Position numbers and translations under genes: made by a program | Notes under the pieces: model-generated | What the model was told of the DNA's origin: nothing | What the model saw: the letters and a program-made list of their open reading frames with translations, nothing else | The model's database searches: none | Assembly (NCBI GenBank): GCA_964404165.1 | Contig: CAYOIZ010000032.1 | Span: 5,573-69,572 of the forward strand | Direction: 5' to 3' | From: an uncultured Candidatus Binatia bacterium | GTDB lineage: Bacteria; Desulfobacterota; Binatia; DP-6 | DNA length: 64,000 bases | Shown: positions 8,716-21,473 of the stretch, in pieces | Layout: every line of letters begins with the position of its first letter | Numbering within the stretch: position 1 is the first letter of the stretch

Positions 8716-9366
8716 ATGACCGCCATTCGCCCCGTTCTCGCCGTCGTCCTGCTGCTCCTGCTCACGTCCGCCTCCGCCGAGGCCGGCCTGGCCCGGCAGT
8801 GTCGCAAGCGCTGCAAGCCCGACATCGCCGAGTGCGTGCAGCTCACCGGGCAGCCGAAGCGGGTGTGCCGCAAGACGATGATCCGGGTCTGCAAGGGCCT
8901 CGGCCTCGACGCCTGCGGCCACGGCGCGCCGCCCGACGACGGTGGCCCAGGCACGACCACCACCACCATGCCGTCGTCGCCTGGGCGCGTGGACTTCGAG
9001 ATCCAGGACATCGAGCGCGACGCCAGCACCGATCCGGGCGTCTACCGCTTCCTGGTGACGTTCCAGAGCGACGCCGACAGCGTGCCGCTCGGCCTCGACC
9101 CGGCGCTCTTCGTCGTCATCGACCAGAGCCGCACGCGCCACGCCGCCAGCCCCGCCACCGCCGATCCCGACGACTGCTCGGCCAGCCTCGTCCTCCCGCC
9201 CGGTGGCGAGGTGACCTGCACGCTGCGCTTCAGCCTGCCGCTCACCATCGGCGCCGACGCCGACCTGGGCGGCGAGGGCTTCGCGCGCCTGCAGCTCGAG
9301 GGCGGCGGCTACGTCGACGCCAACGACTTCCAGCTGAGCGACGGTGGCTTCGCCGTCATCCACTAG
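8716..9366 (+). CDS. Secreted hypothetical protein (Cys-rich N-terminal module, poly-Thr linker, beta-rich C-terminal domain)
   Basis: SD AAGGAGG, signal peptide, CRKRC...C...C...C...C module and TTTTT linker. Confidence 0.75.
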   Translation: MTAIRPVLAVVLLLLLTSASAEAGLARQCRKRCKPDIAECVQLTGQPKRVCRKTMIRVCKGLGLDACGHGAPPDDGGPGTTTTTMPSSPGRVDFEIQDIERDASTDPGVYRFLVTFQSDADSVPLGLDPALFVVIDQSRTRHAASPATADPDDCSASLVLPPGGEVTCTLRFSLPLTIGADADLGGEGFARLQLEGGGYVDANDFQLSDGGFAVIH

Positions 9367-9389
9367 ACGTCCCACCCACGTTGCAGCAG

Positions 9390-9425
9390 CTCGGCCCCGT
9401 CGTGGAACACCGCGACGGGGCCGAG
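9390..9425. terminator. Strong GC hairpin downstream of 8716..9366 (terminator-like, no U-tract)
   Basis: CTCGGCCCCGTCG / CGACGGGGCCGAG forms a 13-bp perfect stem. Confidence 0.45.
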
Positions 9426-9515
9426 TCGCGTCTGGGACACGCGCACGCGGAACGCGGTTCACGTCGGTGGAACGCCGGTCGGGCAGACGCACCACCAACC
9501 GAAAGGACCCGAACC

Positions 9516-11099
9516 ATGACACCCATCCGCTTCGTGACGATCGCAACGCTGCTCGGAAGCATCGTCAGCCTCGGCGCGCCGACGTCGGCGCCCGCCGCGA
9601 CGCATGGCCTGCACGCCGACTTCAACGGCGACGGCTACGCCGACCTCGCCGTCGGCATCCCCTACGACGACAACGGCGTGCGCGGTGGCGGCGTGCAGGT
9701 GCTCTACGGCCGCAAGGGCGGGCTGTCGTCGACCGGCAGCCAGCTGTGGACGCAGAACACGCTCGGCATTCCGGATGCGACCGAGACCGACGATCTCTTC
9801 GGCGACGCCATCGCCGCCGGCGACTTCGACCACGACGGCTTCGACGACCTCGCGGTCGGCGTCCCGCAGGAGACGATCGGCGGTGTCTGGAGCGCCGGCG
9901 CCGTGCACGTCCTCTACGGCTCGACGACGGGTCTCAAGAGCGTGCGCACGCAGCTCTGGACCCAGGACGGCGACGGCATCGTCGACGCCGTCGAGCCGGG
10001 TGACCGCTTCGGCGCGGCGCTCACCGCCGACGACTTCAACGACGACGGCTACGACGATCTCGCCGTCGGCGTCCCCGGCGAGTCGGGCGTCGGCTACGAC
10101 AAGGAGCGGATCGGCGCGGCGCACGTCCTCTACGGCTCGTACGCCGGGCTCGACGACGCCTTCAACCAGCTCTGGACGCAGGACAGCCCCGACGTGGAGG
10201 GTGTGGCGGAACGCTTCGACCAACTCGGCGAAACGCTCGCGTCGGGCGACTTCGACGGCGACGGCCACGCCGATCTCGCGATCGCCGCGGTGTACGAGGA
10301 CGTCGGCACCAGGGTGCTCGCCGGCTCGGTCAACGTGCTCTACGGCTCGTACTACCGGCTCACGGCCACCGGCAATCGCCTCTGGCACCGCGATCTCGCC
10401 GGCATGGGCGGCGCGGCGGCGTATCAGCGCTTCGGCGCCGCCCTCGGTGCGGGCGACTTCGACGGCGACGGCTACGGCGACCTGGCCGTCGGCGCGCCCA
10501 CCAGCGAGGTCGTGGAGGGGAACGTCGGCTCCGTCGACCTGCTCTACGGATCGCCCGCGGGGCTCGGCATCGTGCGGCACCAGGTGCTGCACGAGGCGCT
10601 CCCCGGCGTGCTGGGCACGCCGTCGATGAACGATCTCTTCGGCCACGCGCTCGCCGCGGGGGACTGGAACCACGACGGGCGTGACGATCTCGCCGTCGGC
10701 GTCCCCGGAGAGACCATCTCCGGCAAGAAGTTCGCCGGTGCGGTGCACGTGTTCCACGGCGCGTCGACCGGGCTCAACGACCTCGACGGGCTGGTGGGCT
10801 TCTCCGATCAGGTGTGGACGCAGGGCTCGCCCGGCATCGAGGGGGCGGTCGAGTCGGACGATCATTTCGGCGAGGCGCTCACGACCGGGGACTTCGACGG
10901 CGACGGCACCGACGACCTCGCGATCGGTGTCTTCGGTGAGGCGATCGGCAAGGCGCACGGTGCCGGCGCGGTGAACGTGCTCTACGGCCGGGTCGGCGGC
11001 ATCACGTCGAGCCGCGACCAGGTGTTCCACCAGGGCAGCGCCGGCATCGCGGGGGATCCGCTGGCCAACGACTGGTTCGGCGCCCGTCTCGGACGGTAG
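9516..11099 (+). CDS. Secreted FG-GAP repeat (integrin-alpha-like beta-propeller) protein
   Basis: Repeated FGxAL-x-GDFDGDGxxDLAVGxP units. ATG at 9516 follows SD AAAGGA and starts a signal peptide. Confidence 0.92.
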   Translation: MTPIRFVTIATLLGSIVSLGAPTSAPAATHGLHADFNGDGYADLAVGIPYDDNGVRGGGVQVLYGRKGGLSSTGSQLWTQNTLGIPDATETDDLFGDAIAAGDFDHDGFDDLAVGVPQETIGGVWSAGAVHVLYGSTTGLKSVRTQLWTQDGDGIVDAVEPGDRFGAALTADDFNDDGYDDLAVGVPGESGVGYDKERIGAAHVLYGSYAGLDDAFNQLWTQDSPDVEGVAERFDQLGETLASGDFDGDGHADLAIAAVYEDVGTRVLAGSVNVLYGSYYRLTATGNRLWHRDLAGMGGAAAYQRFGAALGAGDFDGDGYGDLAVGAPTSEVVEGNVGSVDLLYGSPAGLGIVRHQVLHEALPGVLGTPSMNDLFGHALAAGDWNHDGRDDLAVGVPGETISGKKFAGAVHVFHGASTGLNDLDGLVGFSDQVWTQGSPGIEGAVESDDHFGEALTTGDFDGDGTDDLAIGVFGEAIGKAHGAGAVNVLYGRVGGITSSRDQVFHQGSAGIAGDPLANDWFGARLGR

Positions 11100-11101
11100 T
11101 C

Positions 11102-11169
11102 CATCGCCGTGGTCTCTCCCTCCGTCGCCGGCCCTGAGCTATGGGTCGGCGACGGAGGGAACGGCGATG
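11102..11169 (+). promoter_or_regulatory. Long 5' hairpin sequestering the SD and AUG of the SnoaL gene
   Basis: 11102-11110 pairs with 11161-11169 (9 bp), and 11117-11134 pairs with 11143-11160 (18 bp, one G-U). Confidence 0.55.
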
Positions 11170-11628
11170 ACCGCACGCCTGGAGGACACGGTCGCGACGC
11201 TCGTGCGTCGCGTGGAGGCGCTCGAGGACGAGCTCGCGATCCATCGGCTGATCGTGCGCTACGGGCTGGCCGTCGACGTCGGTGACGCGGACGGCGCCGC
11301 CGCCGTCTTCACCGAGGACGGCACCTACGACGTCGACGTCGGTCGCATGGTCGGACGCGACGCCGTGCGCGCGATGGTGCGCGGCGAGCGCCATCAGGCG
11401 ATGGTGGGGCACTGTGCGCATCAGATCGGCCCGGCGGTGGTGCAGCTCGACGGCGATCGCGCCACGGCCACCGGCTACTCGCGCGTGTACCTGCAGACGG
11501 CGGCGGGGACGCACGTGTACCGCGTGAGCTGCAATCGCTGGTCGCTGGTGAAGCAGGACGGTGCATGGCTCATCGCGGAACGCACGACGCGCATCCTCGG
11601 GCACGCCGAGGCGACGACGGTGTGGTGA
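11167..11628 (+). CDS. NTF2-like / SnoaL-like family protein
   Basis: LEDELAIHRLIVRYGLAVDVGD...FTEDG...AH...GDRATATGY...W.IAER is the SnoaL_4 pattern. Confidence 0.88.
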   Translation: MTARLEDTVATLVRRVEALEDELAIHRLIVRYGLAVDVGDADGAAAVFTEDGTYDVDVGRMVGRDAVRAMVRGERHQAMVGHCAHQIGPAVVQLDGDRATATGYSRVYLQTAAGTHVYRVSCNRWSLVKQDGAWLIAERTTRILGHAEATTVW

Positions 11629-11744
11629 CGCGAGCACGTGCGCAATGCTCAATGATCGCGCACGCTGCCGCGACGTTAGGCAGCACGTCGTTGCGTGCGA
11701 TCGACGGCGATCTGCGCTAAAAATGCTGAAAGTCACGAAGCTAC

Positions 11745-14161
<2,417 letters not shown>

Positions 14162-14165
<4 letters not shown>

Positions 14166-14932
14166 CCGCCGAGCAGCCCCACGGTGTTGTCCGCCGTGGC
14201 GCCGCCGTCGACCATGATCGTCGCGCCGTTCACGAACGACGCCTCGTCCGACGCCAGGAAGACGACGACGCTCGCCAGCTCGTCGGGCTCGGCGATGCGA
14301 CGCAGCGGGTTCGCCGCCTCCATGCGCGCGCGCACGCCGTCGACGACCTGGATGAAGGCGAGCGTCGGCGGGGTGGCGACCGCGCCCGGGCAGATGCAGT
14401 TGGCGCGAATGCCGTGGCGTCCGTATTCGACCGCCGTCTGACGCGTGAGCGCGATGACACCGGCCTTGGCGGCGGCGTAGGCGCCGAGGCCCTCCTCGAC
14501 CAGCACCGCGGCGGCGGTGGCCATGTTGACGATCGTCCCGCCCCCGCCGTCGAGCATGAAGGAGAGCGCTGCCCGCGTCATCAGGAAGTGGCCGGTCAGG
14601 TTGACGGCGATGGTGCGGTTCCACGACGCCGGGTCGATCTCGGCGATGCGGCCGGCGGCGCCGCTCGCGGCGTTGTTGTGCAGGACGTCGAGACGCCCCC
14701 ACCGCGCGACGGCGTCGCGCACCATGCGCTCGGCGTCGGCGGCGTCGGCGATGTCGCCGTGGACGGCGATGGCCGCCGGCCCGATCCCCCCTGCGACCGT
14801 CGCCGCGGCCTCGGCGTTCAGATCCGCCACCACGACGCGCGCGCCCTCGGCGGCGAACCGCCGGGCGCTGGCCGCGCCGATGCCGGAGCCGCCGCCGGTG
14901 ACGAGCACGACCTTGTCCTCGAGGCCTCGCAT
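14162..14932 (-). CDS. SDR family NAD(P)-dependent oxidoreductase
   Basis: TGGGSGIG, NNA, YAAAK and VNGATIMVDGG motifs. Confidence 0.92.
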
Positions 14933-15000
14933 GCGTCGGCCATAGCGCAGACGGCGGCCATCTTGCGAGGTCGTGGCCATCCCGGTACGCGGCGGTGACG

Positions 15001-15558
15001 ATGCGCTGCTTCGTCGCCATCGACCTGCCGCCCGACGTCCGCGCCGCGGTGGCCGCCGCCCAGGCGCGACTACGCGACGCCGCGCCGCGCGCCGACGTTC
15101 GCTGGGTGGCGTCGGCGTCCATGCACCTGACGCTGCGCTTCCTCGGCGAGGTGGCCGACGTCGACCCCGTGCGCGACGTGCTGGCGCCGGTGGCGGCGCG
15201 GCATGCGCCGTTCGCCCTCGCGGCGGGCGGCCTCGGCGCCTTCCCGGGGATCGCGCGTCCGCGCACGCTGTGGGCGGGTATCGTCGGCGGCATCCGTGAG
15301 CTCGGCCTGCTCGCGGTCGACGTCGAGCGCAGCCTCGCGCCGCTCGGCTTCCCGCCGGAGCCGCGGCCGTTCCGGGGCCACCTCACGCTGGCGCGCGTGC
15401 GCTCGACGCGGGGCCTCGGCCGCATCGCGCCGCTCGTCAGCGGCGACCGGTCCACGTTCGGCGCATGGACGGCGTCCGAGCTGGTGCTGTATCGCAGCCA
15501 TCTGCGGCCGACGGGGTCGGTCTACGAGGCGTTGGCGCGCCTGCCCCTCGCCGGATGA
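15001..15558 (+). CDS. thpR: RNA 2',3'-cyclic phosphodiesterase (2'-5' RNA ligase family)
   Basis: MRCFVAIDL start, two HxT motifs (HLTLRFLG, GHLTLAR), and position upstream of recA. Confidence 0.93.
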   Translation: MRCFVAIDLPPDVRAAVAAAQARLRDAAPRADVRWVASASMHLTLRFLGEVADVDPVRDVLAPVAARHAPFALAAGGLGAFPGIARPRTLWAGIVGGIRELGLLAVDVERSLAPLGFPPEPRPFRGHLTLARVRSTRGLGRIAPLVSGDRSTFGAWTASELVLYRSHLRPTGSVYEALARLPLAG

Positions 15559-15577
15559 AGCGGGGACTGTCAGCGGC

Positions 15578-15593
15578 TGGCACAGATGTGCCA
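15578..15593. promoter_or_regulatory. Palindrome upstream of recA, candidate operator
   Basis: TGGCAC-AGAT-GTGCCA, with perfect 6-bp arms. Confidence 0.25.
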
Positions 15594-15710
15594 CGTCACG
15601 GCTGTTGCGCGTGCGGATCCCACAGAAAGGCATGTGCGACACTGGAGACTCCGGGGCCGGCAGAGTAAGGTGATCCACACTCAAGTGCAGCACACGGTGC
15701 GGGGGAGGGC

Positions 15711-16823
<1,113 letters not shown>

Positions 16824-16826
16824 CAC

Positions 16827-17978
16827 GTGGAGCTCGATGCGATCCTGCGAGAGGCCGTCGGTCGGCAGGCGTCGGACATTCATCTGAAGACGGGCGCTCC
16901 GCCCATCTTCCGCGTCAATGGCACCCTCACGAAGTGGGACGACGGGGGGGTCGTCGATCGCGACGCCATGGTGGCGCTCACGCAGCAGCTGCTCGACGAC
17001 TACCACGTCGGACGGCTGAAGCAGGACCTCCAGGTCGACGTGGGCTACGGCACACCCGACCTCGGCCGGTTCCGCGTGAACGTCTTCTATCAGCGCGGTA
17101 GCCTGCAGGCCGCGCTGCGTCTCATTCCAGCCCGCGTGCGGCGCGTCGGCGAGCTGCATCTGCCGCCCGTCATCGAGCGCATCGCGGAAGAGCATCGTGG
17201 GCTGGTGCTGGTCACGGGCACCACCGGCAGCGGGAAGTCCACCACGCTGGCGGCCATGATCGACCACATCAACCGCACGACCGACAAGCACATCATCACG
17301 GTCGAGGACCCCATCGAGTACCTGCACACCGACGACCTGTCGGTGATCACGCAGCGCGAGATCGGGGCCGACTGCCAGTCGTTCGCGGCTGGCCTGCGTG
17401 GTGCGCTGCGCCAGGACCCCGACGTCATCCTCGTCGGCGAAATGCGCGACCTGGAAACCATCGAGACGGCCATCCTCGCCGCCGAGACCGGCCACCTCGT
17501 CATGTCCACGGTACACACCCTCGACGCCACCGAAACCGTCACCCGCGTCATCTCGGCGTTCCCCGAGCATGCGCGCGGGCAGGCGCGGCTCATCCTGGCG
17601 AGCATCCTGAAGGGCGCCATCAGCCAGCGGCTCGTACCGCGCTCCGACGGCACCGGCATGGTGCCCGCCACCGAGGTGCTCGTCTCCACGGGGCTCGTGA
17701 AGGAGTGCATCCAGCAACAGGAGCGCACGCGCGAGCTGCGCGACGTCATCGCCCGCGGCTTCACCACCTACGGCATGCAGACGTTCGACCAGTCGCTCAT
17801 GGCGCTCTGGCGCGAGAACCTGATCACGTTCGAAGAGGCCATGGCGCAGGCCACCAACCCCGACGACTTCGCCCTGAAGGCACGGGGCATCTCCTCGACC
17901 AGCGACGCGCGCTGGGACGATTTCGATCATGACGAGACGTCGGACGCCGAGGAGTCGATCAAGGTCGACCGCTTCTGA
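16827..17978 (+). CDS. pilT: PilT/PilU family type IV pilus retraction ATPase
   Basis: ASDIHL, TGTTGSGKSTTLA, TVEDPIEY, ALRQDPDVILVGEMRD and GMQTFDQSL motifs. It lacks the AIRNLIRE helix. Confidence 0.92.
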   Translation: MELDAILREAVGRQASDIHLKTGAPPIFRVNGTLTKWDDGGVVDRDAMVALTQQLLDDYHVGRLKQDLQVDVGYGTPDLGRFRVNVFYQRGSLQAALRLIPARVRRVGELHLPPVIERIAEEHRGLVLVTGTTGSGKSTTLAAMIDHINRTTDKHIITVEDPIEYLHTDDLSVITQREIGADCQSFAAGLRGALRQDPDVILVGEMRDLETIETAILAAETGHLVMSTVHTLDATETVTRVISAFPEHARGQARLILASILKGAISQRLVPRSDGTGMVPATEVLVSTGLVKECIQQQERTRELRDVIARGFTTYGMQTFDQSLMALWRENLITFEEAMAQATNPDDFALKARGISSTSDARWDDFDHDETSDAEESIKVDRF

Positions 17979-18420
17979 CGCGCCCCGCCGCCCGGATCCC
18001 ACGCCGCTCGACGTCGCGGCGGGGATCCTGCGGCGGGCGGCGCGCACCGAGGCCGAGCTGGAGGCTCGGCTCACGGCGAAGGGCTACCAGCCGTCCACGG
18101 CGGAAGCCGCGGTGGCCCGCTGTCGCGACCTGGGCTGGGTGGGCGACGAGCGACTGGCGCTCGATCGGGCGCAATCGATGCGGCTCCGCGGCGCGGGTAG
18201 CCTCAAGATCGCCGCCGACCTCACCGGGCGCGGTCTGCCGGAATCGCTCGTCGATCGGGCGGTCGACGCATCGCTCGACGGACGCAGCGAGGCCGACTGG
18301 GCACGCGAGGCGCTCGAACGAGCCGCCGATCGCACCGGCCCCCGCGCGTGGCGTCTGCTCGCGTCGCGCGGCTTCCCCGAGGACGTCATCACCGACGTCC
18401 TCGGGGAGCTCGAGATCTGA
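17929..18420 (+). CDS. recX: Recombination regulator RecX (start uncertain)
   Basis: R-RTEAELEARL..KGY, GWVGDER, G..KI..DL..RG and L.SRGF three-helix repeats, downstream of recA. Confidence 0.82.
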   Translation: MTRRRTPRSRSRSTASDAPRRPDPTPLDVAAGILRRAARTEAELEARLTAKGYQPSTAEAAVARCRDLGWVGDERLALDRAQSMRLRGAGSLKIAADLTGRGLPESLVDRAVDASLDGRSEADWAREALERAADRTGPRAWRLLASRGFPEDVITDVLGELEI

Positions 18421-18428
18421 CCCGCGCG

Positions 18429-20096
18429 TCAGTCGCGCAGGTACTTGTACGACGCGAGGAACACCGTCTGGTCGCAGGTGGCGTTGCCGCCCGACGCGAC
18501 GCGGAAGGCGATGCGATCGTCGGCTTCGACCGCGAAGGTCCAGGAGAGGAGCTTGCCGCGCGTCGGACTCGTCCAGCCGGGCAGCAGCGAGAACGACTGG
18601 ATCGTGGACACCGCCCCGCCGCGCACCCGTTCGACGTAGACGTTGACGCCGTTGCCGCAGTTCTCGAGCAGGCGGGCCTCCAGCGACAGCTCGACGGACC
18701 CGGAGACCGGGAACCAGCGCACGCGGGTGGCGTCCTGCGACGTGCCCGGATAGGCGCCGTCGGCGAAGACGAAGCTCTGGGGACCCACCCAGATGTAGTA
18801 CGGCGCATCGACGTACGTGAACGGCCCGCCCGTCGCGGTCTGCTGATAGGTCCACTGCTGCCCCGGGCCGCCGACGTCCGAGAACTCGCGCTCCACGTCG
18901 CCGAACACCCACTGGGTGGGGGGCGTGAAGGTGGTGCTCAGATCGATCTCGCGCATGTTGTTCCAGTAGCGGTAGAAGGGACGCTCGGCGATGGTGCCGT
19001 AGGCGCCGTCGTGGCGTGCGGTGGTGACGTAGATGCGGCCGCCCGTCGATGTCGACGTCGCCAGCTCCGGATGCTGTGCGGCGTGGCCACACCCGGCCCA
19101 GGCAGTGCCCGAACAGCCGTGGAGCAGGACCTCCGGGCCCCATCCACTCGTCAGCGCGACGGCGTCCGAGCCGGTCGTGGTCGCGAGACGGCCACAGATG
19201 CCGACGGTGAACGCGCACGAGTAGACGGCGAGGTAGCGGCCGAGCGCGGCATTGTACGCGACGCTCGGCGTACCGCCGACGGCCCCGAAGCTCGAGCCGG
19301 TCCAGATCGGGACGTCGGTCCACGTCGGGCCGTAGGTGCTGCCGTTCCAGAATCGATACTGGGTTGGGTCCTCGATCTGATCGACGTTGACGCGGGAGAG
19401 ATACACCTTCTCGTTCGCGCCCGAGATGACGGACGAGAAGGTGTAGACGCGGCTGCCGATCTTGATCGGGCCGCTGTAGCTGCGTGGCGCCGTCGACGGC
19501 CAGATCACCGCCACGCGCTCGAACGTCATGTCCGTGGGATGCGTCATGCGTGCGAGGACCGTCTCGTACGTGGCCGGCGAGTCGGGATCCCCGCACGCCG
19601 GCTTTCGGACCGACGTGTAGTAGACGTAGACGGTGCTGTGCACCTGGACCGCGCTGTGTGGCCAGGTGAGGCACTCGTCGGCCGGTCCGCCCGACGCGGG
19701 GCCCGGCGGGATGGCCGCCTTGGCCAGCCCGTTCGTCCCCACCTTGTAGGTGAGGTCGACGCAATCGCCGCCGGTGGTGTCGGTCGTGTACGCGACCGTA
19801 CCCGTGACGAACTCGCCCGGTGTGTTGTAGACGCCGTTGCCGTTGGCGTCGACGAAGGTGTCGCCGAAGAAGTAGTACGTGTACGCGCTGCCCGGCGGGC
19901 GGTAGCTCCAGCCGGAGTCGTGCCCGAGCACGCGACCGTTGTTGTTCGGGCGTGGCAGCACGCACACGTGTCGATCGTTGATCACGTTCGCGGTCTGCGC
20001 CGATGCGGACGTCGCACCGAAAGGGGAGGCGCTCGTCGATGCGACGAGCGCGGTCAGTAGGTAGGTCGCCAGCGTGAGCCCGCGCGACCCCGACAT
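18429..20096 (-). CDS. Secreted DUF4185-like beta-propeller protein with extra C-terminal beta domain
   Basis: Signal peptide, GHDSG...YFFGDTF, VYLSRV..DQI.D...Y.FWNG and SVAYNAALGRYLAVY segments. Confidence 0.65.
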   Translation of the reverse strand: MSGSRGLTLATYLLTALVASTSASPFGATSASAQTANVINDRHVCVLPRPNNNGRVLGHDSGWSYRPPGSAYTYYFFGDTFVDANGNGVYNTPGEFVTGTVAYTTDTTGGDCVDLTYKVGTNGLAKAAIPPGPASGGPADECLTWPHSAVQVHSTVYVYYTSVRKPACGDPDSPATYETVLARMTHPTDMTFERVAVIWPSTAPRSYSGPIKIGSRVYTFSSVISGANEKVYLSRVNVDQIEDPTQYRFWNGSTYGPTWTDVPIWTGSSFGAVGGTPSVAYNAALGRYLAVYSCAFTVGICGRLATTTGSDAVALTSGWGPEVLLHGCSGTAWAGCGHAAQHPELATSTSTGGRIYVTTARHDGAYGTIAERPFYRYWNNMREIDLSTTFTPPTQWVFGDVEREFSDVGGPGQQWTYQQTATGGPFTYVDAPYYIWVGPQSFVFADGAYPGTSQDATRVRWFPVSGSVELSLEARLLENCGNGVNVYVERVRGGAVSTIQSFSLLPGWTSPTRGKLLSWTFAVEADDRIAFRVASGGNATCDQTVFLASYKYLRD

Positions 20097-20195
20097 GCCG
20101 TCACCTCATGGCGTTGCGCCGGCCGACATGGGCGGCGCTCCAGCGGAGTGTGGCGCGTTCGTAGCGGATGCGCGCGGCGGACGTCAAGACAAATC

Positions 20196-20229
20196 ATGGT
20201 AGTAGAACGGATAATGCATCTACTACCAT
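20196..20229. repeat. AT-rich perfect 11-bp inverted repeat (operator or terminator candidate)
   Basis: ATGGTAGTAGA-N12-TCTACTACCAT. Confidence 0.7.
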
Positions 20230-20267
20230 TTCGACGCCGGGCTGGCACTCGCCGGCGGATGGGGTGC

Positions 20268-21473
20268 TCAGGCCGGATAGCGGAGCACGTCGCGCCGTCC
20301 GTCGGCCCACGCGCGCTCGTCCGGAACGAGCAGCGCGTCGAAGTCGGCGGCCGTCGCCGCCGCGTCGTCGACCCATTCGCGCAGCGATGGGCCGCCGTTG
20401 ATGACGTCGATCGCGAGGCGCGTCTCGTACTCGTACGGGAAGTCGCGCCAGATCGGCCAGTCGGGACGCCACCGGCGCAGCGCCTTCAGGAAGAGGGCGA
20501 CGAGTCGATAGGGGCGGAAGGCGTCGTGCCGATAGGCGCCGTCGTCGACGTGGAGCTGGACGCCCGCGCACAGCTCGCCGGCGAACTTGTGGAACGTCGG
20601 CTGGAAGAAGCACGGCCGCAGGCGGCAGCCGGCCATCCACGACGGTGCGATCGCGTGCATCGCGGCGAGCAGGTGCGTGACGTCGAGGTCGGGCGCGCCG
20701 ATCATCTCGAGCGGGCGCGTCGTGCCGCGGCCCTCGGAGAGATTCGTGCCCTCGAGCAGCACGGTGCCGGGATACGCGCGCGCCATCGACAGCGTGGCGG
20801 CGTTCGGGCTCGGGTTCACCCACGACAGCTCGCCGAGCGGCCAGCCGTAGCCCGGCGCGACCGTGGGGTCGTAGCCCTCCATCGGCACGACGCGCAGGTC
20901 GACGTCGAGCCGATGCCGCGTGCGGAACCACTGCGCCGCCTCGCCGAGCGTCAGGCCGTGCCGCATCGGCAGCGCGCCGGCGCCGACGAAGCTCTCCCAG
21001 CCCGGTTGCAGCAGCGTGCCCTCCACCGGCCGGCCGGCCGGATTCGGCCGGTCGAGCACCCACACCGCCTTGCCCGCCTGCGCGCCGGCTTCGAGGACGT
21101 AGAGCAACGTCGTCAGGAAGGTGTAGATGCGCGTGCCGACGTCCTGCACGTCGACGAGGAGGACGTCGAACGTGTCGAGCATGGCGGCGGTGGGTCGTCG
21201 CACCGTGCCGTAGAGGCTGAAGACGGGGATGCCGTGGACGGGGTCCACGTAGTCGGCCGTCTCCTGCATGTTGTCCTGCTTCTCGCCCCGCATGCCGTGC
21301 TGCGGGCCGAAGGCGGCGCACGGCCGCGTCTCGGGGCAGGCCGCGAGCGCGTCCACCGCATGGCGGAAGTCGGCGGTCATCGAGGCGGGATGCGCCAGCA
21401 GCGCCGTGCGCCGGCCGGCGAGCTCGCGACGCAACGTCGCGTCGCCCAGGAGACGATCGATGCCGAGCTTCAC
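20268..21473 (-). CDS. DUF1343 / exo-beta-N-acetylmuramidase NamZ family
   Basis: KLGIDRL, FGPQHGMRG, FSLYG, DVQDVGTRIYTF, LDRPNP, SPNA and EGRGTTRPLE motifs. GTG overlaps the upstream stop. Confidence 0.92.
   Translation of the reverse strand: MKLGIDRLLGDATLRRELAGRRTALLAHPASMTADFRHAVDALAACPETRPCAAFGPQHGMRGEKQDNMQETADYVDPVHGIPVFSLYGTVRRPTAAMLDTFDVLLVDVQDVGTRIYTFLTTLLYVLEAGAQAGKAVWVLDRPNPAGRPVEGTLLQPGWESFVGAGALPMRHGLTLGEAAQWFRTRHRLDVDLRVVPMEGYDPTVAPGYGWPLGELSWVNPSPNAATLSMARAYPGTVLLEGTNLSEGRGTTRPLEMIGAPDLDVTHLLAAMHAIAPSWMAGCRLRPCFFQPTFHKFAGELCAGVQLHVDDGAYRHDAFRPYRLVALFLKALRRWRPDWPIWRDFPYEYETRLAIDVINGGPSLREWVDDAAATAADFDALLVPDERAWADGRRDVLRYPA

Noticed and set aside
9600-11050. Recurring GGCGACTTCGACGGCGACGGC-like DNA repeats as a possible CRISPR or other array
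   Set aside because: They are in-frame FG-GAP protein repeats with degenerate third positions and long irregular spacing, and no cas genes are present.
15578-15593. TGGCAC read as a sigma54 -24 element for recA
   Set aside because: Spacing is GG-N9-GC on both strands, not the required N10, and TTGC is absent. Kept only as a palindrome.
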